Positions 1 through 8,944 are shown, counted from the first letter of the stretch. The stretch: DNA of 25,034 nt from Coleofasciculus chthonoplastes F2-STO-03 (GCA_040222015.1 JAVJWO010000101.1:1-25034), one strand, 5' to 3'. Numbers and translations: made by a program. Notes: a model not told the origin generated them from the sequence alone.

Positions 1-141
1 GTCTTAACTCCTTAGCAGAAATGGCGAGGAGGAATGCCAAGGCAGAAGTTCCTGGTATTCACCGAGAACAGCGGCTCTTCGTGGTAACAGCAGGGGAGAA
101 TCCCTAACTAGATTGCTTGCAATTAGTTAGGGTCTGTTCAA
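1..141 (+). mobile_element. Right end of an IS200/IS605-family (TnpB-type) element; rest lies left of the window
   Basis: AGAATCCC leads into a subterminal hairpin CCCTAACTA(102-110)-gATTGCttGCAAT-TAGTTAGGG(124-132), ending in TTCAA (137-141). This is the typical tnpB right-end/reRNA 3' layout. The adjacent acetyltransferase loses family similarity at this point. A frame is open from 3 to 107 and could be a TnpB tail (unverified). Confidence 0.7.
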
Positions 142-679
142 TCTCTAACAGTTCTTCAATAACGTTATCCTCAAAACGCTTGCGGATTAATTGCGCCGGA
201 TTTCCCCCCACAATCGCATAAGGTTCAACCGGGCGAGTCACCACTGATGCTGTGGCGATAATCGCCCCATCCCCTACATGAACACCGGGCATAATTGTTG
301 CGGCATAACCTATCCAGACATCATTCCCAATCACTGTATCCCCTTTGTGGGGCCAGCTATCAGGCATGGCGGCTTCCCATCCAGAACCAAAAATTGGAAA
401 GGGATAATTAGTAAACCAATCGGTGCGATGATTCCCCCCATTCATAATAAACTTGACATCTGAGGCAATCGCGCAAAATTTGCCAATTAGTAGCTGATCT
501 CCGACAAAATCAAAGTGATATAAAACATTCCGTTCAAAATTTTCGGGATTCTCGAAATCATCGTAATAGGTGTAGTCACCAACAATAATGTTAGGATTAT
601 TGATGATATTTTTTAAGAAAACTAACCGAGTTTGGTCAGCTAACGGATATTTGCTACGGGGAGATGGTCCGTGAATCAT
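104..679 (-). CDS. Vat/CatB-family xenobiotic O-acetyltransferase (hexapeptide repeat), C-terminally truncated
   Basis: Motifs NIIVGDYTYYDD, IGKFCAIA, TNYPF, GDTVIGNDVWIG, YAIVGGNPA-IRKRF. Likely start is the ATG at 679 (MIHGPSP). After EELLEI the family's usual WWxW helical tail is missing, replaced by EQTLTNCKQSS read from the IS end. Confidence 0.88.
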   Translation of the reverse strand: MIHGPSPRSKYPLADQTRLVFLKNIINNPNIIVGDYTYYDDFENPENFERNVLYHFDFVGDQLLIGKFCAIASDVKFIMNGGNHRTDWFTNYPFPIFGSGWEAAMPDSWPHKGDTVIGNDVWIGYAATIMPGVHVGDGAIIATASVVTRPVEPYAIVGGNPAQLIRKRFEDNVIEELLEIEQTLTNCKQSS

Positions 680-846
680 AACTAACCCTTTGGGATTTTG
701 GCGAAGGGACATCATTCCCTGGACATAAATTCTGTCCGTTGTACTAAGAAATGTTAACAAGCGTTAAGTCCTTACTGTTCCCTGTTCCCCCATCTCATGT
801 AGTAAAATTACTAAAATAACTCTAAATCATTTTAAATGAACAGCCA

Positions 847-3480
847 ATGGCTTTAACGCTTAAAATATTTGCAGATACCCTCCTCAAACAGCAACCTGTC
901 GATAGCAGTCAAATCTCTAACCCAGAAGACCTTTATAGTCTGACGGAAGGGACAGAGTTAGTACTGCACAGTTGGGACCCTAAGGACGGAGAACCTCACC
1001 ATATCCGGGTGGCGTTTGCCACAGACCGATTTAACAACAAGAATACATGGTACGCCTTTACCGACCATATTCAGATTTGGGACGGCGAAACCGTCTTGCT
1101 ACCCCCAGTGTCTCCCCCTGGTTCTACCGAAGTTCTGTTTAATGTGCGTTCCTGTTCCACCCATGTTGTGCGGGGACTGGATCAGCAGGTGATTAATGAG
1201 ATGAACTTTATCACACCTGACACCCTGGTCAGTTTTGAAGACTTGAATGCGCGTCTGGGACAAGCCGTGTGGCCCTTCCTCCAGCCCGCTGCTAAAGCCG
1301 CCCTGGGACGGGCAATTCGCGATCGCGGAATTCCTCTAACTATCAATTCGGCGTATCGCACCATCGCCCAACAACTCATCCTCTACAATCACTATCGGGG
1401 AGGTCGTCGCTGCGGAATTCAACTCGCCGCCCGTCCACCTCGCAGTAATCACCAAAGTGGTTTAGCGCTGGATATCCAAGATACCGATGGCTGGCGTCCC
1501 TTTCTAGAACGACATGGCTGGCGATGGTTGGGTCCGAGGGATTATCCTCACTTCGACTATATTCGCGGCGGACGTGATATTCGTAGCCTAGCGGTACAGG
1601 CGTTCCAACGGGTTTGGAATCGATACAATCCCCAGGATCGAATTGCCGAAGATGGGGGCTATGGACCCGCGACTGAACGGCGACTGAATCGGAGTATTAT
1701 CGGCGGTTTTGGGGAAGTCTGGCAGGACTTTGAAATCATTAAGTTGACAAGTCCCTACATGCATGGTATAGATGTCCGCAAAATCCAGCAAGCGTTAGCA
1801 GATGCCAAAATTGATGTTGGGGTAGATGGCGTGTTTGGACCAGGAACTCAAGCAGCAGTAAAGCTGTTTCAAAAGGCAAGGAACCTAATTACCGATGGTG
1901 TGGTGGGACCCGCCACCCTAGTACAACTGGGATTGTTCGGCGCACCTGTGGTGATCTCGCCGCCCAAACCTGAACCCAAACCCACTCCAGAACCTGAACC
2001 CGAACCCGAACCCACTAAACCCACGCCTCCACCAGCAACGGCTGTCGGGCGCATCTTTATTTCTGCGGGTCATGACCTGAAAGATCCCGGCGTTGTTGCT
2101 TTAGGGACGACGGAAGCCGAGGAAATGATTCTCACTCGTAACGCCTTGGTGCAGGAACTCCAGTCACGAGGGGTTAATTTCCTTACCGTACCCGATGATC
2201 TGGATCTGGGCGGTACAATCAAATGGATCAACGATCGCGTCCTGCCTGGGGATGTGGCGATAGAACTGGGTGGTAATGCCTTTAATGGTTCGGTGCGGGG
2301 TACTGAAGCCTATTATATTGATGGAAACGAAGACCGCAAGGATGATGCTAAGTTGGTCTTAGAGGCATTCTTGGAGAAAGTCCCCGAACTGCGTTTACCC
2401 GGAAAACCCCTCTCTCGTGGTGTTAAACCGGACACCTTGAGTGCCAAAAATCAGCTTCCGTTTTGTCGTGAAGTCGCGGCATCATCTATTATCTTCAATC
2501 TCTGTTTCCTAGATAATCCCGAAGACTTAACCTTACTTAAAGAAAAACGCGATCGCTTTGCTCAAGGTTTAGCCGATGGATTGCTGCAATGGAGTGGCCA
2601 AACGGCAAAATCAGATCAAACTTCACCCCATTTCCGACTGATTAATATCAAAATTCAAAACTACGATCATGACGAAAAAGGGCTTCTCGTCAACGGGAAT
2701 TCCTATATTCCGGCGGATCTGGTAGAGAATTTAGGTGTTGATCTGACTGTGGAATCGGATATTCGCCAAATCAGTTATGGCAATGTCGTGTATGTAAAAG
2801 CGGTTGATCTTCAGCCCTTTAATATCTCTGTCGGCTGGGATAATGATACCAGAACGGTATTACTGAATACTGCGACTCAAACGGATCTGGATGAATCGGA
2901 CAAGATTATCTGGTTTGGCAATACCACAGAAGCAGATTTAAAAGCCTTTCTCACCAGTAATAATGACAAAGCCCTGGATCAGTTTCCCGACATCCATACC
3001 ATTTACATGGAAGAAGCGGAAAAAGAAGATGTCAATCACGATATTGCCTTTTGTCAGATGTGTCTGACGACCGATTTCTTGCGTTTTGGCGGTTTATTAC
3101 AACCAGAACAGAATAACTTTGGCGGTTTAGGGACAGCCAATAGTGATCCGGCGGGTGCATTTTTCCCAGATATCCGCACGGGTGTGAAAGCCCACATTCA
3201 GCACCTCAAAGCCTATGGAACGACTGCACCGATTGAACATCCGCCCATTGTCAGTCCTCGGTTCCAGTTCGTCTTACGCGGGAGTGCGCCTTCGGTGTAT
3301 GAGTTGAGTCGCCGCTGGAGTCCTGATCCAGAGTATGGGAATAAGATTATGGCATTAGTGCGGCGTTTGCATGGTGTGGTGTCTGATGTGGAAGACACAC
3401 CTCAATCCTTCTTCATGCGTTTGAGTCATACGGTAGCGCCGATGGAGAATAACGGTAGCGATAGTCCCTGTGGGCTTTAA
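847..3480 (+). CDS. Multidomain peptidoglycan hydrolase: N-terminal beta domain, M15 (VanY-like) Zn peptidase, PG-binding domains, Pro-rich linker, TftA-like Amidase_3 domain, GH73-like glucosaminidase domain
   Basis: SAYR...[10 protein letters not shown]...DYPHF (M15); DGGYGPAT and DGVFGPGT...FQK...DGVVGPAT (PG_binding_1); [17 protein letters not shown] linker; GRIFISAGH...GTTEAEEM (amidase); DIAFCQMCL...QNNFGGLG...[12 protein letters not shown]...W...YG (glucosaminidase). Confidence 0.85.
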   Translation: MALTLKIFADTLLKQQPVDSSQISNPEDLYSLTEGTELVLHSWDPKDGEPHHIRVAFATDRFNNKNTWYAFTDHIQIWDGETVLLPPVSPPGSTEVLFNVRSCSTHVVRGLDQQVINEMNFITPDTLVSFEDLNARLGQAVWPFLQPAAKAALGRAIRDRGIPLTINSAYRTIAQQLILYNHYRGGRRCGIQLAARPPRSNHQSGLALDIQDTDGWRPFLERHGWRWLGPRDYPHFDYIRGGRDIRSLAVQAFQRVWNRYNPQDRIAEDGGYGPATERRLNRSIIGGFGEVWQDFEIIKLTSPYMHGIDVRKIQQALADAKIDVGVDGVFGPGTQAAVKLFQKARNLITDGVVGPATLVQLGLFGAPVVISPPKPEPKPTPEPEPEPEPTKPTPPPATAVGRIFISAGHDLKDPGVVALGTTEAEEMILTRNALVQELQSRGVNFLTVPDDLDLGGTIKWINDRVLPGDVAIELGGNAFNGSVRGTEAYYIDGNEDRKDDAKLVLEAFLEKVPELRLPGKPLSRGVKPDTLSAKNQLPFCREVAASSIIFNLCFLDNPEDLTLLKEKRDRFAQGLADGLLQWSGQTAKSDQTSPHFRLINIKIQNYDHDEKGLLVNGNSYIPADLVENLGVDLTVESDIRQISYGNVVYVKAVDLQPFNISVGWDNDTRTVLLNTATQTDLDESDKIIWFGNTTEADLKAFLTSNNDKALDQFPDIHTIYMEEAEKEDVNHDIAFCQMCLTTDFLRFGGLLQPEQNNFGGLGTANSDPAGAFFPDIRTGVKAHIQHLKAYGTTAPIEHPPIVSPRFQFVLRGSAPSVYELSRRWSPDPEYGNKIMALVRRLHGVVSDVEDTPQSFFMRLSHTVAPMENNGSDSPCGL

Positions 3481-3482
3481 AC

Positions 3483-4045
3483 TGGCGATTGAAATCGCGG
3501 CTACACAAACTTGCGTCCGCCTGCGCGGACTAGGTTATAACGGGATACCTAGCCCGGATTTGGGATAAAAGTTCAACAGAAAAAGACACGCGATCGCGCC
3601 CTCATCCACACAACCCGTAGGGGCGGGTTTAGGGACTAGCCTTTGGCATATAACCGATAACTGTTATACAAAACCCGCCCTCCCCTTTGCCATGGCGATT
3701 GAAATCGCGGCTACACAAACTTGCGTCCGCCTGCGCGGACTTTGTTATAACGGGATAGCTAACCCAGATTTGGGATAAAAGTGCAACAGAAAAAGACACG
3801 CGATCGCGCCCTCATCCACACAACCCGTAGGGGCGGGTTTAGGGACTAGCCTTTGGCATATAACCGATAACTGTTAAACAAAACCCGCCCTCCCCTTTGC
3901 CATGGCGATTGAAATCGCGGCTACACAAACTTGCGTCCGCCTGCGCGGACTTTGTTATAACGGGTTACCTAGCCCGGATTTGGGATGAAAATGCAACAGA
4001 AAAAGCCATGCGATCGCGCCCTCATCCACACAACCCGCCCTCCCC
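3483..4045. repeat. Tandem array of 210-bp units (two full, one shortened) built from REP-like palindromes (BIME-like)
   Basis: Units start at 3483, 3693 and 3903 with TGGCGATTGAAATCGCGGCTACACAAACTTGCGTCCGCCTGCGCGGACT. Each has a HIP1 site. Units 1 and 2 contain GTAGGGGCGGGTTT...AAACCCGCCC. Confidence 0.95.
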
Positions 4046-4133
4046 CAGCTGTATGTAACGGATTGATTGTTCCATTCTATGCAAAAATAAGTCCCGTAGT
4101 TCTGTCGTTGTCTCAATCTAAAGGAACTCGATT

Positions 4134-4337
4134 GTGAATCAATCCCCCAATGAAGGCACAAAAACCTTTTTGTATATTATTGGCATTGCCCTAGGTGTGG
4201 GTCTGTTACTCGCAGCATTTGTTTTGCTACTCACGGGATTCGGTGTAATTCAGCAAATTCCATCGGCTGTCGTCTGGGCGATCGTTCTCTTTTCCATTGG
4301 TGTCGGTATCCTCAGCGGTCTCACGATCCAACGGTAA
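4134..4337 (+). CDS. Small two-TM membrane protein (67 aa), unknown function
   Basis: GTG start with AAGGA upstream. Two hydrophobic segments separated by GFGVIQQIP. Resembles the next ORF. Confidence 0.75.
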   Translation: MNQSPNEGTKTFLYIIGIALGVGLLLAAFVLLLTGFGVIQQIPSAVVWAIVLFSIGVGILSGLTIQR

Positions 4338-4459
4338 ATTAAGCAGGTTGGTGGAAATAAACCGAACTCGATTACGTTCTGTCACTATTCCTAAAACCTT
4401 TACGAATGACATAAGACGATACCCGCCGTTACCTTTAATTTTGTTCGACTACTTATATT

Positions 4460-4657
4460 ATGAGTCAACCTCCCCCATCTGATACCCTAATTTATGCTTA
4501 TATTTTTGCCATTTCTGTAGCTGTTACGATTGTGGTTTATATTTTTAGAGGTGTAGGAATCCTCAGCTTTATTCCAGGAGGTATTTTGTTGCTATTAATT
4601 TTACTGTCTATTGCCACAGGGATTATTTACGGGGTGCAGAAAACCAAGCGGTACTAA
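4460..4657 (+). CDS. Small two-TM membrane protein (65 aa), unknown function
   Basis: Two hydrophobic segments around RGVGILSFIPGG and a basic C-terminus (KTKRY). Paralogous pattern to 4134-4337. Confidence 0.8.
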   Translation: MSQPPPSDTLIYAYIFAISVAVTIVVYIFRGVGILSFIPGGILLLLILLSIATGIIYGVQKTKRY

Positions 4658-4697
4658 TACTCAATCAGGGTTAACGCTCCGGATGCGATCGCACCCT

Positions 4698-4790
4698 TCG
4701 TTCGTAGTCAGCGCTTTAGCGCCTCCGGAATCCTGAGTCTGGGTCGTTCGTAGTCAGCGCTTTAGCGCCTCCGGAATCCTGAGTCTGGGT
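4698..4790. repeat. Exact 46-bp tandem duplication containing a GTAG-type palindrome
   Basis: TCGTTCGTAGTCAGCGCTTTAGCGCCTCCGGAATCCTGAGTCTGGG occurs at 4698 and 4744, just after a HIP1 site at 4685. Confidence 0.95.
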
Positions 4791-5173
4791 GGGCGCGAGT
4801 TACATCGGGGTAAAAAAGAAACGATAATCGTGAAAGTGAGCCCCTACACACTCAAAATTTTCTTATCTGCAACATTTGATTTCCGCCTTGTTGAAATTCA
4901 TAAGCAACCTGCTTAATTTCCACATTATATCCCTGTGCATTTAATTCCCTGATTACGGGTGAACCAAATGACAAAGGATAAAATACTATTTAAACTTCAC
5001 CGTTTATTTAAACTATAGGCTTTGTTTTATAAGTTTCTATAAAGATATTTAAATCAACTTGTCACTCTGCCCGGTTACTGGTTATAGTGAAGCCGCTCTC
5101 TTAGACTTTTGTTCAATTCAGCATCTTAACATGGGGTATCTACTGGGCTATACCTATATCGAAGGCAAGACAG

Positions 5174-6217
5174 ATGTCTCAATTGCAGCACCCTTCCTCA
5201 CTGAGTTCAGGAAAAGAACCTTGGCTAGCGGCTAACTTATCCTTATTTTTTCCCGGAATTGGTCAGCTTTATACCGGAAAGATGATCAGAGGGTATAGTT
5301 TAATTATCACTCAAGTCGGGTTATATGCTTTAAGTGGATGGTTAATTTTAAGCCGAATCGGCAATATTTTTATCGGGGAAATTCTCTTAATCACCACATT
5401 CGCGTTGAGTATTTGGGGAATCTTTGATGCGTATGACTGTGCCAAGAAAGCTAATCCGCCAAGCTTTGAGAAACTCAGAACCAGTCAAAAAGATCCATGG
5501 TTGGCTGTCTTCCTCTCGCGCCTTGTTCCTGGTGCAGGTCATCTATATATTAACCGCCTGTGGTTGAGTGTTATATTATTTACTTTTTTTGTTACCTCGT
5601 TGCTGGTTCAACTCGTGCCGATACTCCTCAAATCTCTAGTTTTTTATCACGTTTATATCGCCTCAACAGTTCGTCGTGAACGAAATCAGCTCCCAATTTT
5701 ATGTATGGCGCTTGTCTCTATTCTATTTTCTATCGTAATTTCTATGCAGATGTTCTTTATTACAACACATATCGCTGATAGTCACTTGATTACCACGAAG
5801 GAGATGAACCCAACGTTACACAACGGCGATCGGGTTATTGTGGATAAACAAATCTACCGTTTTCAATCCCCCCAGCGGCAAGATGTTGTCCTATTTTCAC
5901 CACCGAAAACTTTGCAAGAAAACCATTTTCGAGAAGCCTTTGTTCAGCGAATTATTGGTTTACCTGGAGAACGGGTAGAGATTCAAAAGGGAATAGTTTA
6001 TATCCAGTCTCAGCCTCTGGAAGAGAACTATCGTCAAGGAGGTTCTCAAGACACCTTTACCCCCATCACCGTTCCCGCCAATTCTTATTTCGTCTTGGGG
6101 GATAACCGGAACCACAGCTATGATAGTGAGGATTGGGGGTTTCTTCCCCGACAGAATATTCTGGGAAAGGTGACTAAACGATTTTTTCCGCCTCAACGAA
6201 TGGGGATTGTTGACTAA
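5174..6217 (+). CDS. Signal peptidase I (S26) homologue with duplicated N-terminal multi-TM module; catalytic dyad substituted
   Basis: MNPTLHNGDRVIVDK, RIIGLPGERVEI, YFVLGDNRNHSYDSEDWGFLP. Repeated K(E/D)PWLA..LS...PG.G.LY membrane motif. lepB not assigned because both Ser and Lys are absent. Confidence 0.88.
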   Translation: MSQLQHPSSLSSGKEPWLAANLSLFFPGIGQLYTGKMIRGYSLIITQVGLYALSGWLILSRIGNIFIGEILLITTFALSIWGIFDAYDCAKKANPPSFEKLRTSQKDPWLAVFLSRLVPGAGHLYINRLWLSVILFTFFVTSLLVQLVPILLKSLVFYHVYIASTVRRERNQLPILCMALVSILFSIVISMQMFFITTHIADSHLITTKEMNPTLHNGDRVIVDKQIYRFQSPQRQDVVLFSPPKTLQENHFREAFVQRIIGLPGERVEIQKGIVYIQSQPLEENYRQGGSQDTFTPITVPANSYFVLGDNRNHSYDSEDWGFLPRQNILGKVTKRFFPPQRMGIVD

Positions 6218-6396
6218 TCAGGCATAAAAGTAGCTACAGTACAGGTAGTATGGTCGATAGGTCACAGGCATGTCAAGATTGTAGGTAGAGCAGTTGCGCC
6301 AAATCGCACTGTTTCAGAAGCATCTTACCCGATAAACCTTGAGAAGCGGCTTAAATGGGCAACTGCCTGGTTAAAGAAAAGGGAGGATCTATACTG

Positions 6397-8715
6397 ATGT
6401 CAAATCACCAGGACTTAAGTTTTATATTAACAGAAATGTTAATAGAAGTCGCTCAGTGTTTCAAGAAAATTATCCGTGTTGATCGGGTTAATATTTTTTT
6501 ATTAGACCGATATGATCCAGATCAGTGTCTCGTTTTAACCCCAAACTATTCCCAACCGAAAGAGTTAAGAATTCCCCCGACGACTGGGATTGGCGGAATT
6601 GCCAATTTACAGAGTTTTGTTCAAAATCCTTTTGAGTGCCAGTTTTATCGGGAAGAACATGGTATAAAGCTACCACCTTCCTTTGATTATATCGTTTATA
6701 ATTTATTATCTTTACCTTTATCCAATAAACAAAAAAACATTGTTGCATTCGTTCAATTAATCAACAAATTAAAACCAGAGGCGAATCCTGATCAAATCTT
6801 AGAAAAGACGATTGACAATCAGGGATTTACTCAAGAGGATGAAAAGCGATTTTATCAGGCAAGTGCGTGGATTCGTTCAACGGTTGAGCGATGTCAGGCG
6901 CTTTATGCAGAAATTAAGAAACAAGAGGTTTTTATTGGCTTTATTAAAGCCATTCATACGATTAGCCAAGGCGGATTAAATTTTGATGCGATCATTCAGC
7001 TTATTATTCAAGAAGCCAATGAATTAATGAATGCCGATCGCAGTCGCTTATGGCTACTCGATCAGGAACACCAGGAACTGTGGACAATGGTAGAAACAGA
7101 GGAAGGTTCTCCTCACGAGAAGCGTCACGGGATTGGGGTTGGCTTTGTTGGTAAAGTAGCTGAGTCGGGAAAAGCCTTAAATATTCCCTTTGACCTCTAT
7201 ATCTACCCTGGTGTTGATCAGATCAAAAAAAGGGATTGCCATACCGGGTATCGAACCTGTAGTTTACTCTATATGCCGATTTTGACACCGGATAACGAAG
7301 TATTGGGGGTACTGGAGTTAATTAATAAAAAGAAACGGGGATATTTCCCCGCCTATGATCCCGATAGTTGGCCCATTCCACCGGATATCTTTAAGGCAAG
7401 TTTTAGTCAAGCAGATCAACAATTGATGGGAGCCTTTGCGCTGCAAGTGGGGATTGCATTACAAAATTCTCGCCAATTCGCGTCGCTTAAACAACAGGAG
7501 CAGATTCAACGGCTTATTTTAAAGACTCTAGATAATGGCGTGATTTATACCGATGCAGCGGGGCGAATTATTACTGTCAACGAAAAAGCGCATCAGCTTC
7601 TCAAAAGCGATGAGGTAGATGGGGTGGAAGGGAGTTGGATTGGTGATTTTATTCAGGTTAAAGAGAGTGATTTTGCCCATTTAGTTCAAGGGGCTTTAAC
7701 GGAACATCATGACTATCACGCCCCTCATACGGTTATTGCTAAAAATCAGGAACAACCGATTGATTTATCGATTCGGTCGATTGCGGAGAACAACGGATCT
7801 CATAATTTTTATGGACTCGTCGTCGTTCTCAAAGAAATTAATTCCACGAGTTCCGCTCAACTCCCCACCTATCACCAAGTCAGCCAGGAAATCACCCAGG
7901 AATTTCTGAGAAAATATGATATCCAGTTATTTAGTCATCCCAATGTGGCGATTTTATGTGCCGATATTCAAGGCTATACCAGCTTGATGGACGACATGGA
8001 AGCGGAAACCGTTGTTTCCATGCTCAATCACTATTGTGAACTGATGGTGGAGACTGTCTTGAAGTATCAAGGTACTTTAAATCAATATATTGGTGATGCT
8101 CTAATTGCTGTCTTTGATACCTCCTTACCTTTGAGCGATCGCGCCTGGTATGCTGTACAAGCAGCGATAGATATGCGCCAACAGTTAGCCGAGTTTAATC
8201 GTAATCATTTGACACCTCATCAGCCAATGCCTCGCCTAGGTATTGGTATTCATGCAGGGAGAGTCCATCTGGGTCAAAATGGTTCTCAACCGCCATTATC
8301 TGGGGATATTGTCAACTTTACCTCATTACTGGAACAAGTCAGTCGCGATTATGGCAGTGACATTATTATTAGCGAAACAATTTATAAACATTGTCGCGAT
8401 CGCGTCTGGGTGCGGGAACTAGATCGCCTCCCGGTGAAGAGTAAACCCCAATCCCTTGCTATATATGAACTGATGGGACTTCGTTCTCAGTCTCTTTCCC
8501 CTCAGCAAGCACAAATTATTGACCATTATGAAAAGGGGCGTCGCTATTACCTCAACCAGCAATTTGCCCTGGCAATTGGTGAATTTTCCCAGGTTTTGGC
8601 AATGGATAGTGGTGATAAGGCGGCGAGATTACATATCCAGCGCTGTTTGTATTGGCTAGACTCTCCACCGCCTCCAAATTGGGATGGGGTGTGGACATTA
8701 AGTGTTGAGTGTTGA
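6397..8715 (+). CDS. GAF-GAF-PAS-class III adenylate/guanylate cyclase-TPR protein (CyaB1-like architecture) with degenerate cyclase domain
   Basis: GAF NKFDE-type motifs QLINK...FTQEDE and ELINK...FSQADQ; PAS (GVIYTDAAGRIITVN); cyclase motifs ADIQGYT, YIGDA, GIGIHAG, GDIVN, RELDRLPVK...IYEL; C-terminal TPR and PPPNWDGVW. The ATG at 6397 has GGAGG upstream (ORF track starts at 6355). Confidence 0.9.
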   Translation: MSNHQDLSFILTEMLIEVAQCFKKIIRVDRVNIFLLDRYDPDQCLVLTPNYSQPKELRIPPTTGIGGIANLQSFVQNPFECQFYREEHGIKLPPSFDYIVYNLLSLPLSNKQKNIVAFVQLINKLKPEANPDQILEKTIDNQGFTQEDEKRFYQASAWIRSTVERCQALYAEIKKQEVFIGFIKAIHTISQGGLNFDAIIQLIIQEANELMNADRSRLWLLDQEHQELWTMVETEEGSPHEKRHGIGVGFVGKVAESGKALNIPFDLYIYPGVDQIKKRDCHTGYRTCSLLYMPILTPDNEVLGVLELINKKKRGYFPAYDPDSWPIPPDIFKASFSQADQQLMGAFALQVGIALQNSRQFASLKQQEQIQRLILKTLDNGVIYTDAAGRIITVNEKAHQLLKSDEVDGVEGSWIGDFIQVKESDFAHLVQGALTEHHDYHAPHTVIAKNQEQPIDLSIRSIAENNGSHNFYGLVVVLKEINSTSSAQLPTYHQVSQEITQEFLRKYDIQLFSHPNVAILCADIQGYTSLMDDMEAETVVSMLNHYCELMVETVLKYQGTLNQYIGDALIAVFDTSLPLSDRAWYAVQAAIDMRQQLAEFNRNHLTPHQPMPRLGIGIHAGRVHLGQNGSQPPLSGDIVNFTSLLEQVSRDYGSDIIISETIYKHCRDRVWVRELDRLPVKSKPQSLAIYELMGLRSQSLSPQQAQIIDHYEKGRRYYLNQQFALAIGEFSQVLAMDSGDKAARLHIQRCLYWLDSPPPPNWDGVWTLSVEC

Positions 8716-8774
8716 TGGTTAATTATTGATAGTTGATTCTTCACGTCGTTCGAGGAAACCTGTTTTTGAGGGAT

Positions 8775-8839
8775 GTAGGGGCGGGTTTTACGACTATCGT
8801 TTCGTATCTCACTCCAGATGTAACTAAACCCGCCCCGAC
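8775..8839 (+). repeat. GTAG-type REP-like doublet
   Basis: GTAGGGGCGGGTTT...AAACCCGCCCCGAC, same family as copies at 3617, 3827 and 22655. Followed by a TTCCCTG heptamer run (~8852-8880). Confidence 0.85.
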
Positions 8840-8944
8840 TCAATCCCTTCTATTCCCTGTTCCCTGTTCCCTCTTCCCTCCCCTTACTTATTGCATATTT
8901 GAGCAAAGTCAGCACAATGGGAAGAAAGTCTGGAGGTGCAGTGC

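Larger units (their letters stand above)
4336..4919. repeat. Perfect 15-bp inverted repeat pair bounding 584 bp
   Basis: AAATTAAGCAGGTTG (4336-4350) and CAACCTGCTTAATTT (4905-4919) are exact reverse complements. Confidence 0.8.

Noticed and set aside
128..146. TAGGGTCTGTTCAA as an IS5-type terminal inverted repeat
   Set aside because: No partner repeat or transposase lies to the right. The hairpin plus TTCAA fits an IS200/IS605 right end better.
680..760. 27-aa N-terminal extension of the acetyltransferase in the ORF track
   Set aside because: Family similarity begins at MIHGPSP (679); the extension lies in the divergent promoter region.
3483..4045. Possible CRISPR array
   Set aside because: The period is 210 bp, the intervening sequences are near-identical rather than unique spacers, and there are no cas genes.
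3955..4482. ORFs 3955-4161, 4227-4412 and 4297-4482
   Set aside because: They overlap the repeat array or the better-supported membrane ORFs and show no protein features.
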